64,000 nt of DNA, taken from the NCBI RefSeq assembly GCF_018977255.1, contig NW_024704742.1:71612001-71676000 (forward strand), written 5' to 3'. Every line of letters starts with the position of its first letter. Position 1 is the stretch's first letter. The notes below the pieces were generated by a model. It had not been told where the DNA came from, did no database searches, and was given only the letters and a program-made list of their open reading frames with translations. Shown here piece by piece: positions 1 through 12,589 of this stretch. The position numbers were made by a program, and so were the translations under genes. This DNA is from Callorhinchus milii. Its lineage: Eukaryota.

Positions 1-240
1 GCTTGCTAGGCAATGCTCTCAATGGCAAGCTATGTGGTTTTAGCTGGTTGGACTCCAGCAGTTACCTCAACACACACTCTGGGAATTAGGTAAGATACAT
101 CCCTCCAGGGAGAGAGCGGACATTCCATTGCAATAATCTATCTCTGGGATTTTCATGTGTAGGTGGGATACATGGAAATCTCAGCTTGGCTTGGATACTG
201 TTAAGCATGGTGACAGGTTTCAGCATATGTCAGACACCGG
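1..240 (+). mobile_element. 3' part of an unclassified structured dispersed repeat (family X)
   Basis: Same sequence recurs at about 11518-11973, 21960-22390, 25925-26250, 36222-36490, 58555-59000 and elsewhere. Confidence 0.75.
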
Positions 241-419
241 AAGGAGGATAATAAGAGCCCATGAAAAACACTGGCAGTGGTAAATATATCAGGGGAGGGT
301 TGTGGGGGTGGGTGATGTGATGGATATTGTAATGGATAGTGTAATGCTCTTTATCAAAAACAAGTGCTTCCTGGTAATTGCTGTGAAATATTGTGACAGT
401 ATGTTTTGTAGGCAAACAC

Positions 420-708
420 AGCAGTTTTTGCAACGTCCCATAAACAGTCAGTGAGCGAGTGTTTTTATCTGGGGATTGTTGGCCAGGACACCGGGAGAGA
501 GAAACTCCCTTCTCTTTTCGAATAGCACCGCTGGATTTTTAACATTCACCTGAACAGGCACAGACCGCAGCTCAGCTTAACATCTCATCTGAAGTACGGC
601 ACCTCTGCCAATATGGCACTCACCCCAGCACTGCACTGCAGCATCAGCCTGGACTGTGAGCTCAGAGTTTCTGACTTGGGGGCTCGAACCCACAACCTTC
701 TGACTGAG
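420..708 (-). mobile_element. tRNA-headed SINE with Deu/Nin-like core (family B), partial
   Basis: Reverse strand reads ggtgccgtacttcagatgagatgttaag...gtgtcctggccaac, resembling the Deu domain of AmnSINE1/SINE3; many copies in the window. Confidence 0.7.
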
Positions 709-1334
709 AAATTAAAGATCCCGCGGCGCTGTTGGAAAAGAGAAGGGAGTTTCTCTCTACCAGTGTTCTGGCCGACAATCCCCCAGATAAAATCTCTCGC
801 TCACTTCACGGCTTTCTGTGTGACCTCACTGATCTCACGCCTTGGTGCAGTTTCCTGGGAAACTCCATAATTTCTGTCTGCTTTTAAAGGGCCTGGGCCG
901 TCTCGATGTCATGATGACCCATCCCTTTAATGTCATTTTATAGCCCAGACAAAAAATTAAAACCCGCAGGCACTATTTAGATGAGGAAGATTAGGATTTT
1001 TTTCCGGGAACATCGGTAATGTACAAATTTGCAGGAAAGAATATTTAAGGAGGTTATTTCTTTGCGGAAAAAAATCTTCGTCAGAAAAACAACCCCCCGG
1101 CTGTCAGAGATTCCCTACTGGTCTGGCAGATATCAGGGTAAACAGGGAAAGGACTGTAGACACGTCAGAGGGAAAGAAATTCCCAGACATAGATAATGAG
1201 GGGAAGAAAAAGGGAAAATGGGAGTCTGGGCCAGATCCCAGCACACAGGAGATACACAACCCAGCCAAAGCCCCGGTCCTGGGAGACACAAACAGCCGAG
1301 TGTGAGGATGTACATTTTTGTGTTTGATCTCACT

Positions 1335-1735
1335 CCCCCTCTCTCTCTCTCTCTCTCGCTCGCTTTCTCTCGTACTCTTTCTTCTTCTCACACTCTCTCT
1401 ATTTGTCTCCCTCTCTCTCTGGCACTTTCGCTCTTTCTCTATTTCTCTCTCACCATCTCTTTCATTCTCTCTTGCTCTTGCTTTCACTTTTGATCTCTCT
1501 CTCGCCTTCTCTCTCTCGCTTTCTCTTGGTTGCTATCTCTTTTTCTCTCTCACACTCTCTTGCTCTCTCACTCTTCCTCTCTCGTGCTCTCATTCTCTCA
1601 CTCGTGTTTTTTACTTTCTTGCTTTCTCTCTCTCATTCTCTCTTGCTTTTGTTCTCTCGTTCTTTCTCTCGCTCTCTTGCTCTCTCACTCTCTCTCTCTC
1701 TCTCTATCTCTTGCGCTTTCTCTCTATCTCTCTGT
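1335..1735. repeat. degenerate (CT)n low-complexity tract; similar tracts near 6610-6890, 18040-18420, 47950-48200, 48620-48870, 56340-56640
   Basis: Direct inspection; source of the Leu/Ser-rich pseudo-ORFs. Confidence 0.9.
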
Positions 1736-1741
1736 ATACAG

Positions 1742-1833
1742 TGTGACCCCTATGTGAAGATCTCTCTGGGTAAGAAGTCAGTCAGTGACCAGGAGAATTA
1801 CATCCCGTGCACATTGGAGCCCGATTTCGGAAG
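1742..1833 (+). CDS. dysf: dysferlin coding exon, 12th from last; C2 domain, [31 protein letters not shown]
   Basis: AG acceptor 1740-1741 after a long pyrimidine tract; GT donor at 1834. Peptide closely matches recalled human [35 protein letters not shown]. Upstream exons lie outside the window. Confidence 0.95.
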
Positions 1834-2982
1834 GTATTAAACCACAACATTAAGCCCTCTCTGACACCCAGTCCAATGTCAAAGTTTCACCAAAAGTGCA
1901 CTCTCCTAACTTTCTCTCACTCTGTCCCTCTTCTCTCACCCTTTCTCTCTTTCTCCTCTTTTTTTCCTTTCTCCTCTCTAACTTTCCTTTTTTTTCTCTC
2001 TCCGTCTGTCCTCCCTCCTCCTATCTCTTTCTCTCTACTCTCTCTACCACATAAATCAGATCCAGTACACAACATTCCACATACAGTCTCCCTCTGTGTG
2101 TAAGTGTCCGTGTCTGTGTCTCACCCAGTTTGTGTGTGTGTGTGTGTGTGTTTATAGCCCAGTATATGTGTGTGTAATGCCGTTGAACACAGCGCCTCCG
2201 ACAGGCGGAGAAATATACAATGATGACAATAACATTAAAGTGCCTCGAAGTGCTTCACAGAGAATTGCTGTCATGTGTAATGTATTTTGTGGGTGAAACA
2301 TGGCAGCCAATTTGCGCATAGGAACATCCCACAAACTGTCAGGAAGTTCATGACTGATTTTATGTGGGTAATTGTGGGCCAGGACACCGGGAGAAAGAAA
2401 CTCCCTTCTCTTTTCAATGAGCGCAGTGGGATCTTTAACATCCGTCTGAACAGGGAACTGACGGGGAGTGAAGTTTAACATCTCTCATAATGCGGCGCTC
2501 TCTCTACCACTGCGCTGGGAGTCAGCCTGGACTGGGAGCTCCGAGTACCTGGGGTGGGGGCATGAACCCACGAACTTGTGACCCAGAGAGAGCGTGAGTT
2601 GAGCTGCGGGGAGGGGGAGGGGAGCGGTCGGCGGTCTGTGTACTTGTGAGGAACTTACCCTTGGCTGCACCGCTCCACTCGCTCTCACTGAGCCAAGCCA
2701 AACAGTGTCTGACTAACAGCCTGACTCACAGGCACAGAACGGGCTCCCACATTTCCACATCTGACTTCACTGTAACCAGTGACGCACCGCACAAACTTAG
2801 CTTGAGGTTTTCATTGTAAACTTTCTCATTCATTTCTTCCGAACTTACTCCCACCACAAGAACTCCGGTTTCCCATGTGTTTGTTTGAGCTGGAACATGC
2901 TCAATTTTCCAAATTTTGGCTCCCAGAGTCAACATCCAACGCTCCCAGACCAGCCACAGCCTGGGTTAGAGACAGGGCAACC

Positions 2983-3492
2983 GTCCCTCTACACTGTCCA
3001 TCCACACTCACTCCCAGGTCAATGTTACAGACACCGTAAAGCTCCCTCTACACTGTCCGTCCACACTCCCAGGTCAGCGTTACAGACACCGTAAAGCTCC
3101 CTCTCCACTGTCCATCCACACTCCCAGGTCAGCGTTACAGACACCGTAAAGCTCCCTCTACACTGTCCGTCCACACTCCCAGGTCAGCGTTACAGACACC
3201 GTAAAGCTCCCTCTCCACTGTCCATCCACACTCCCAGGTCAGCGTTACAGACACCGTAAAGCTCCCTCTACACTGTCCGTCCACACTCCCAGGTCAGCGT
3301 TACAGACACCGTAAAGCTCCCTCTACACTGTCCGTCCACACTCCCAGGTCAGCGTTACAGACACCGTAAAGCTCCCTCTACACTGTCCGTCCACACTCCC
3401 AGGTCAGCGTTACAGACACCGTAAAGCTCCCTCTACACTGTCCATCCACACTCCCAGGTCAGCGTTAGAGACAGAGTAACGTTCCCTCTACA
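2983..3492. repeat. 55-bp minisatellite, about 9 copies, in a dysf intron
   Basis: Unit gctccctctacactgtccgtccacactcccaggtcagcgttacagacaccgtaaa starts at 3041, 3096, 3151 and onward; a related dispersed monomer lies at about 53150-53220. Confidence 0.95.
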
Positions 3493-3521
3493 GTGATTAC
3501 CCTGTGGTTGCTGCCCCCCAG

Positions 3522-3692
3522 GCTGTATGAGCTGACGGCTGTGCTGCCGATCGACAAGGACCTGCGGGTGACGCTGTATGACTATGACATGCTGTCCAAG
3601 GACCAGAAGATCGGAGAGACCATTATCGACTTAGAAAACCGCTTTCTGTCTCGCTTCGAAGCCTGCTGTGGCCTCCCCCAGACCTACTGCAC
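3522..3692 (+). CDS. dysf: dysferlin coding exon [57 protein letters not shown]
   Basis: ccccag acceptor, gtgagt donor at 3693; phases agree with neighbours; ferlin C2 motif YDYD..KIGET..DLENR. Confidence 0.96.
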
Positions 3693-3694
3693 GT

Positions 3695-4011
3695 GAGTCC
3701 CACCCTCCCCCAACCCCACCTTCCCCAACCCCCACCCTCCCCCACCCCCACCTTGCCCACCCCGACCTCGCCCACCCCCACCTCCCCAAACCCCACCCCA
3801 ACCCCCACCCTCCCCCACCTCACCCACCCCCACCTCCCCAAACCCCACCCTCCCCCATATCCCCCACCCCCACCTCCCCCACCCTCCCCAAATCCCACCC
3901 TCCCCTACTCTCCCCACCCCAACCTTCCCTCCCCAACCCCCACCCTCCCCAACCCCCACTCCAACCCAGCCCCTCCCCCAACCCCCACCCTCCCCACGCC
4001 CACCCCCCACC
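3695..4011. repeat. C-rich (CCCCA/CCCT)n tract, G-quadruplex-prone on the minus strand
   Basis: Dozens of C4-C5 runs immediately after the exon donor at 3693. Confidence 0.85.
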
Positions 4012-4116
4012 CTGGTTGTTGATGTTCCTCCAACTCCATTGCTCTGTAAGCCTTAGTCTCGCCCGGCTGGTAGCAGGCGCTCTCCCTCTCTCTCACTCTG
4101 TTTTTCACACTCTCAG

Positions 4117-4259
4117 GTCGGGGATAAACCAGTGGAGGGAGCCCCTCCGCCCCTCTCAGCGGCTGCGCCTGTTTGCCCAGCGCCGAGGTTATCGACTTCC
4201 TGTGTATCGGGACGGGAGTCTCACCTTCCGTGGAGAGGACTTCAACCTAGCTGATCTCG
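4117..4259 (+). CDS. dysf: dysferlin coding exon SGINQWREPLRPSQRLRLFAQRRGYRLPVYRDGSLTFRGEDFNLADL
   Basis: tctcag acceptor, gtgagt donor at 4260; matches DYSF SGPNQWRDQLRPSQ. Confidence 0.94.
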
Positions 4260-4493
4260 GTGAGTGCCATTAGTAAGTCATACACGCGCCACCCCCCCAC
4301 CTCGGTCTCTCACCTCCCACCCCTCAGTCTCCCCCTCCCCCACCACTCTGACACCAAGCAGACATCATTAGGCATCTTCACCCACAAAATATACACTCAA
4401 TTCACTTTACAGTATATTCTGTGAAGAGCCTTGAGACGTCTTGAAGATGTGATGCAAGGATTATTATTATTACCATTTAATAAAACCACATAG

Positions 4494-4958
<465 letters not shown>

Positions 4959-5049
4959 TTAATGTCTGCTTATACACACTGTTACTGTCTCTGTTACAGA
5001 CGCTGAAGTCAATGTTAATGCACACTGTGACAATCAGTGTGAACGTCTC

Positions 5050-5345
5050 TGCTCATGTCCTTCACCTGCCCCGCCGGCTCGCTCCACCATTGGCGGTCGG
5101 GCCTTTAGCCTTTCTGCCCCCACCCTTTGGAATTCCATCCCACAGTACCTTCACTTCGCTCCCTCTCTTGCTTCCTTCAAGGCGGGTCTCAAAACCCTCC
5201 TCTTCGACCGCGCCTTCGGCCACCCTCCTACCCACCCTGCCCTCCACCCCCCCGATCCCAATCCCCAGCTCGTCTCCAAATCCCTGACTGTCCAGTGCCT
5301 TGGGATGTCCTCCCGATGGGAAAGTCATAATTTTGTATTGTATTG
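5050..5345 (+). mobile_element. L2 LINE 3' fragment; similar short fragments at about 6260-6500, 21375-21520, 28520-28900, 50875-51190
   Basis: Encodes GGRAFS..AP.LWNS-like ORF2 end plus the gggacgtcctcccgacgtgaaagg tail and (TTG)n. Confidence 0.75.
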
Positions 5346-5361
5346 CTCACACAAACTGTGA

Positions 5362-5484
<123 letters not shown>

Positions 5485-5669
5485 TGAGTGAGCTGCCTCC
5501 GCTTGTCTGACGCAAAAGTGCAGAAACACACAAACCTGCGAAATACATGAAAACGCATAGAAACATGTCAAACACACAAACCTGTGAAACGTGAAAACAT
5601 GTAGAAGTATGCAAACACGGTTAATGACGGGGTTATTGAAAGGATATCAAATTTGGTCTCTGAGAGGAG

Positions 5670-6010
5670 AGGAAATCCTGTCGGGTAGCGATTAGCACGC
5701 TCGCCTCGCAAGCGGGAGGACCTGGGTTTGATTCCCAGGCGGAGCAAAAGCTTAAGCAAGTTTCCTTACTCCACACACCTCTGTTTACCCAGCAATAAGT
5801 AGGAACCTGGTTGTTAGTGAATTGGCAGATTGTTTTATTTGGTCACTTAATCCATGACTGTTTGTGGGACGCTGTTGTGTGCAATTGGCTGCCACTTTTC
5901 ACCCACAAAATATGCAGTCAATTCACTTTACAGTATATACTGTGAAGCGATTTGAAACGTCTCAACAATGTGATAAGGCGCTATATCAAATGCAAGGATT
6001 ATTATATTAA
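5670..6010 (+). mobile_element. tRNA(Val)-like-headed SINE (family A), near full length, intronic
   Basis: Head with A/B boxes, ggcaagtttccttactccacac..ctctgtttacccagca core, L2-like tail and (ATT)n end. Confidence 0.85.
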
Positions 6011-6066
6011 TAATGTCGAAGTGGGACATTCTCTCAGGTCGTGGATAAACCTGATATTAGGTTTAA

Positions 6067-6207
<141 letters not shown>

Positions 6208-6570
6208 TGAGTGTGTATCTGATACCCGGAACGTGTGCTGGGCTCAGCCTTCAGGAGGTGCCCACCCTCTGGGGCTCCATCCCACAGTCCTTCTGCCTTG
6301 CCCACTCCCTTGCCTCCTTCAAGGCCCATCTTAAGACCCTCCTTTTTGACCGTGCCTTCGGTCACCCTCCTCCCCCTACCCGCCCAGCTCTCCAGTCGCC
6401 TGATTCCCAACCCCCAGCTCAAGTCCAAATCCCCCAGTGCGGTGGCTTAGAACGTCCTCCTGACGTGAAATGCGCTATGTAAGTGTAATGTGTTGTTGTT
6501 GAGTGGACGGTGAGCCTGTCGCAGTGACTGGTCTGCCACTCTACAATCACTGCTCACAGGGTACCAGTGA

Positions 6571-7044
<474 letters not shown>

Positions 7045-7648
7045 TGACAAGCGGGAGGGGGGAAAACGAGGATATCTCAGTCACTTCCCACCATATGCCA
7101 GGCTTTGGACTCTGGGAATCTCTCAAAAAAATCACTCCAAAATTCAGGCGAGAGTGTGTGACTGTGACTGAGGTACAGATGGCTGTGTGTGTGTGTGCCA
7201 ATCAGATACAGGAGGCTGTGTGTGTGACTGAAGTACAGGAGTGTGTGTGAGAGTATGGCTATTTGTGTGTGTGTGTGTGTGTGAGGTACAGGTATCAGAA
7301 TCATACAGCACCGAAGGAGACCATTCGGCCCATCGTGTCTGTGCCGGCTCTTTGAAAAGAGCTATCCAATTCAATCCCACTCCCCCGCTCTCCTCATAGC
7401 GTACAAACTTGTCCTTCCCAAAAAATTATCTACTTTTCTCTTAAAAGTTGTTATCGAATCGGTTTCCACCTCCCTTTCAGGCAATGCGTTCCAGATCCGA
7501 ACAATTCGTTCGTAGTAGTGTTTGTGTGTGTGAGTAAGGTACATGTGAGTGTGTGTGATGGGTACAGGCAGCTGTATGTGAGAGTGAGGTACAGGCGATA
7601 GTGTGTTTCCGAGGTACAGGCTGACGTCTCACTTTGCTGTCCTCACAG

Positions 7649-7748
7649 GACCGTTTCTGGAGTCTTGACAAAATGGAGTGTAAAATCGCTCCTCAGCTGA
7701 TCATTCAGATCTGGGACAACGACAGGTTTTCATTTGATGACTATCTGG
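7649..7748 (+). CDS. dysf: dysferlin coding exon DRFWSLDKMECKIAPQLIIQIWDNDRFSFDDYLG
   Basis: tcacag acceptor, gtaagt donor at 7749; motif QIWDND.FS.DD.LG. Confidence 0.96.
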
Positions 7749-7994
7749 GTAAGTATCATGGAGTATCATGGTTAGAGCGCTCGCCTCGCAAACCAGAAGA
7801 CCCGGGCTTGATTCCCAGGTGGTATGAAACCTTAGACAACGTTTTGCGTTACCCGGGAATCAAACCTAGGTCCTCTTGCTCATGAGGCGAGCTCGCTAAG
7901 CACTATGCCACAGGACGCCACAAGTACAGGTGTAACATCTTACCTGAAGAATAGTGTCTGTGATGTGATGGGAGCTGTGTGGTGCTGTTTGCAG

Positions 7995-8173
7995 GCTGTA
8001 TCCAGATGGACTTGAATAAGATGCCGCGGCCGGCCAAGTCCCCGGAGAAGTGCAGTGTGGAGCTGCTGGAGGAGAATTTGCTGAAGGACAGATGCGTGTC
8101 GCTGTTCGAGCAGAAATCTGTGAAAGGCTGGTGGCCGTGCATAGCCGAGGGAGACGGCAAGAGAAGCCTGGCT
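7995..8173 (+). CDS. dysf: dysferlin coding exon CIQMDLNKMPRPAKSPEKCSVELLEENLLKDRCVSLFEQKSVKGWWPCIAEGDGKRSLA
   Basis: ttgcag acceptor, gtgagt donor at 8174; motif SLFEQK.VKGWWPC. Confidence 0.96.
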
Positions 8174-8600
8174 GTGAGTGTCATCTCAATACAGTCACAA
8201 CCCTTACTAACAAGACACCACCCACAGTGAGAATAACACTACAGTCACACACCCCAACATCCCTACTAACAACACACTAACAACAGTGATAATAGCATGA
8301 CAGTCACACATCCCACAGCCTAACCACACACTAACAACAGTGATAGTAACATTATGTTCAGCGCCTTGGGACGTCCTCCTGACGTGAAAGGCGCTTTATA
8401 AATGGAATCTTGTTGTTGTTGTATGTTGTTTTGCCCACAAAACACACAATCAATTCACTTTACAGTATATCCTGTGAAGCTCTTTGGGACGTCTGAAAGA
8501 CGCGTTAAGGCGCGATATCAAATGCAAGGATTATTAATGTTACAGAGTAGCAACACCACTAATAACAGTGATAATAACAGGAATAACAATATCAATACAA

Positions 8601-9063
8601 TAAAACTCACACAAGTCGTACCAGTCGGGACAGTAACATTTACAGTAACGTTACAGTAATGTTACAGTAACATTTAATATGACTTACGTGAAGTCCGAGT
8701 CGCATAAACTCCAATTTTATCAATAATCTACACTGTACATGTGTAATTCACTGCAGCTGGTAAGTGTGCTTGCAGTGACAGGTCAAGACTTAAGTTTCTC
8801 GCAATTCAATACATCTTGACCCATCGCCACATGTGCACTTACACCAAATTCTTCTGCGTATGGTGACAAGTTCCCGCGATTCAATGCAGCCGGAAAGTGC
8901 AGGAGTAATGAAGGGTAGGGGAGCCAAGTTACGAGTCAAGAGATGATAAATATGACCAGTGCAAAGAAATCTAAGTGGTTTTGATAGGAAACGGAATGAG
9001 ACTCGGGTGGGTGTATGACTTAGGCGATTATATGATTCATAAGGATAAGGCATGTGAGTTTTA
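8601..9063. mobile_element. candidate MITE / non-autonomous DNA transposon in a dysf intron
   Basis: 11-bp terminal inverted repeat taaaactcaca / tgtgagtttta with TA at both outer ends, plus nested internal inverted matches. Confidence 0.45.
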
Positions 9064-9118
9064 CTTTAATAATAATAATATTGCCACTCGCTGACCACTG
9101 TGCTCTGGCCACACATAG

Positions 9119-9228
9119 GGGAAGGTGGAGATGACCCTGGAAATGGTGTGTGAACAGGAGAGAGACGAGAAGCCGGCAGGACTGGGCCGGGACGAACCCA
9201 ACATGAACCCCAAACTGGAGGAACCCAA
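9119..9228 (+). CDS. dysf: dysferlin coding exon [37 protein letters not shown]
   Basis: acatag acceptor, gtgagt donor at 9229; motif [14 protein letters not shown]; translated by hand. Confidence 0.96.
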
Positions 9229-9502
9229 GTGAGTGAAAGCGTCACACTGAGCGGGAGAGAGAGAGAAAACAAGAGAGAGAGAGACCGGGAGAGAGAGCGG
9301 AGAGGCTGAGAGGGAAGGAGAGAATGAAAGAGAGAGAATGAGTGAGAGAGACTGAGATGTGTGATGGGGAAGATCATCTGTGACAGGAGTGAGATCGTGT
9401 TTGACAGTTGGGTGGTGATGTGTTGGGGGGAGATGGAGTGTAATGGAGGTGAGATTGTGTGTGACATGGGTGACATTGCGTGTGCCGTGTTCTGTGTGAC
9501 AG

Positions 9503-9650
9503 GCGCCCGGACACCTCGTTCCTCTGGTTCACGTCTCCTCTGAAAACACTGAAATACATTGTGTGGAGGAGGTTTCGCTGGCTGTTCCTTGCTCTTCTCG
9601 TCGCCTTCATCGTCCTCATGTTCATCATCGTCTTCCTCTACTCCTTTCCG
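9503..9650 (+). CDS. dysf: dysferlin transmembrane exon [49 protein letters not shown]
   Basis: tgacag acceptor, gtgaga donor at 9651; [12 protein letters not shown] motif followed by a hydrophobic tail anchor. Confidence 0.97.
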
Positions 9651-9939
9651 GTGAGAGTGAGTTGGAGTGAGGGGAGGCGGGAGGGGGAGTGAGGGGAGAG
9701 GTGGTGAGAGGAGGGGGGAGTGAGGGCAATGGGGAGTGAGGGGAGGCGGTGCGAGGGGGGGGAAGCGAGCGGAGGCGGGGCAAGGGGAGGCTGGGCGAGG
9801 GGGGAGTGAGAGGAGGGGTAGTGAGGGGAGAGGGGGAGGGGGCGAGGGGCTACAGGCGGGTGAAGGAGAGGCATGGGAGGAGGGAGAGGGAACGATTACA
9901 GTGATTATTATTACAATATTGCCTCTGTGCTTGTTACAG

Positions 9940-9975
9940 GAATATGCTGCTATGAAGCTGGTGAAGCCATTTTAG
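9940..9975 (+). CDS. dysf: dysferlin terminal coding exon EYAAMKLVKPF* (3' UTR follows)
   Basis: ttacag acceptor; TAG at 9973-9975. C-terminus matches DYSF NYAAMKLVKPFS, favouring dysferlin over other ferlins. The 12 exons sum to 1446 nt in frame. Confidence 0.95.
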   Translation, partial: EYAAMKLVKPF

Positions 9976-10756
9976 GGGCCTGGGGCCAGGCTTGATTTGG
10001 GGGGCCTTCTGGCCTCGGATGGAGCAGAGACTCAGATCGCTCAGAAAACCAGTGGCCTGGGAATAATGCAAATCACAAACCCGATGTTCCCGGCATTCCC
10101 AGTGTTCCCAGCTGAGCCTATGGCCTCCTCACCCATCCCGGGGGCATCACGTGGGTTCCACAGAAACCCAGCTTTTTATGCATACCGCTGACACTGTGTT
10201 TGTGTGTGTGTGTGTGACTGCACCCGTGTGTGTGTGTGTGTTTGGGTGTACATGTGCGAGTATGCACATATGTGAATGTGCACGTGAGTATCTGTGAATG
10301 TGTGAGAGGGAGTGTATGTGTAGCAGAATGAGTGAGTGTGAGTGTTGGAATGTATGTGGGTATGTGAGTGAATGAGTAAGTGTGTGTGCATAAACGTGTG
10401 TTTGTTGATGTGTGTGGTGTGTAAATATGCCTACAAAGCACACAGTCACTACACTCTACAGTAAGTGTTGTGAAATGCTATTGAAACGTCCTCCCGACTT
10501 GAAAGCCATATATGAAATGTAAGACTATTATTATAAATAACATTCTCCAGCCTCTGCGTGTGATTTTGGTGATGAGCTTTAACCCACATCTTCCAGTCCA
10601 ATGGCAATCATTTCTCTTACCTTCTCAGTCCCTCTTCATTCACAACACCTCAGTCAGGTCTCCTCCCAACTCTCTCTGCTCTAGTGACAATTTCCCCAGG
10701 CTCTGCTCATCTCATCCCTGCAATCCCTCTAGTCAATCTCCTCACAACCCAGTGCG

Positions 10757-11116
10757 GAGTTCTATAGAGTAGCGATTAGAGCACTCGCCTCGCAAGGGAG
10801 AGGACCCGGGTTTGATTCTAGTGTGGGGTGAAACCGTAAGCAAGTTTCCTTACTCTACACATGTCTGTTTACATAGCAGTAAGTAAGAACACGGTTGTTG
10901 GTAGATTGGCGGATCGCTTTCCGGATGTAATAATCCCTTTAAAAAGATTAGTCACACAATCCGTGACTTTGTGGGACACTGCTGTGTGCAATTGGCTGTT
11001 GTGTTTTGCCCACAAAATACACAGTCAATCCATTTCACAGTAAATCCTATGAAGCGCTTTGAGGCGTCTCGATGACAGGATAAGATACTATATCAAATGT
11101 AAGGATTATTATTATA
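10757..11116 (+). mobile_element. family A SINE, full length
   Basis: ggagttcta..tRNA-like head, core, tail ending aaggattattattat. Confidence 0.85.
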
Positions 11117-11517
11117 ATCTCCCCATCTGTGCCTCTTCAGCTGCCTGTTCAACATCATATGGACCAATTGGAAAACAGAAGGGAGTTTCTCTCCTGGTGT
11201 CCTGGCTAACAATCCCCCAGATAGAATGGCTCGCTCATTTCATGGCTGTTTGTGGGCTGTTGCTGTGTGCAAATTAACTGCCACGTTCACCCACAAATTA
11301 CACAGTAACTGCACATATGGACTCATTTATAAAAACAGCTCAATGCTGTGATGGGGGGATGGTGGGCTGCGTGTTCTGAGGTCAGAAGGGCTGAAGGGTC
11401 TTCTTCATCCAAACTGATCTTGAGATGTGATCCTGTCTCCAATCTATTCTCCCCCCAACTCATCCCAAGAGAGGTTTAAAATGTGGGGAGAGATCAGAAA
11501 CTTGGAATTCAACTGGT

Positions 11518-11973
11518 CTGCTGATGACAGCCCGGCCTGGCTCATCGGCAGTTCTTAGAAAATAGATCAGTCACTGGTGGCGGGTATCCTCCCACTGAGC
11601 TCCTGTTAACCCTGGAAGTCAAAGCCCTGATGGGTGGAGTGGTTCTAGTTGGACAAGCAGCGGGAAAGCTTGCCAGACAGTGCTCTCAATGACAAACTAT
11701 GTGGTTTTAGCTGGTTAGACTCCAGCAGTTAACCCAACACACACTCTGGGGTCCCCAAGCATTGGCTTTTGCCAACCTGCGCCTAATACTCTCCTGGATT
11801 AGGTAAACTGGATGTGCTCCTCCAGGAAGAGAGTGCACATTCCATTCCAACAATCTATCTCTGGGATTTCAGTGTGTCGGTGGGATACATGGAAATCTCA
11901 GCTTGGTTTGGATACTCTTAAGCATGGTGATGGGTTTTCACATGTGTCAGACACTTGGCTGACCGAAAGAAAA
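11518..11973 (+). mobile_element. family X structured repeat, 5'-truncated, with 3' end gtcagacacttggctgaccgaaagaaaa
   Basis: Colinear with the other family X copies. Confidence 0.75.
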
Positions 11974-12589
11974 CCCGTTCTCAGCCTGTAAGACTGTGTA
12001 GCCGCACACTGTTAGATTGGGCAGAATTGGGGGAAACTTTCCATTTCTGTCTTAGTTTGGAAACCACTTTTCCGGAAGCAGATGGTCTCAGGTGTTCAGT
12101 CTCACCTCTGGGTTAGGGGATTGTGGTTTTGAGGCCCATGTCACAACTCTGAGCTCGCAGTCCAGGCTGACACTCCAGTGCAGTGCTGGGGGGCAGTGAT
12201 ATGTTGTCAGATGTGCCGTCCTTCAGATGAGACATTAAACCCAGCTCCTGTCTGTGCCTGTTCAAGTGGACGTTAAAGATCCCGTGGTGCTGTTGGAAAA
12301 GAGAAGGGAGTTTTTCTCTCCCGGTGTCCTGGCTTGCTAGCCTCTTGGCTGTTTGTGGGACGTTGCTGTAGGCAGATGGGCTCCTACATTGGCTGGCAAA
12401 AAGCACTGTAACCTGTGGTTATTTTAGAGGATTTTTGATCTTAAAGCTGTTGGATTGAATGCGTGGGATTATTATATTATTCGCCCACAAAATATACAAT
12501 TCACTTTACAATATATTCTGTGAAGCGCTCTTGGACGTCTCAAAGATGTGATAAGGCGCTGTATCAAATTCAAAGATTATTATCATTAT

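Noticed and set aside
3623..4022. Pro-rich and Gly-rich ORFs
   Set aside because: Translation of an intronic C-rich tract; only 4117-4259 of the 201-aa ORF is a real exon.
9976..11400. dysf polyadenylation signal
   Set aside because: No clear AATAAA seen shortly after the stop, so the 3' UTR end cannot be placed from sequence.
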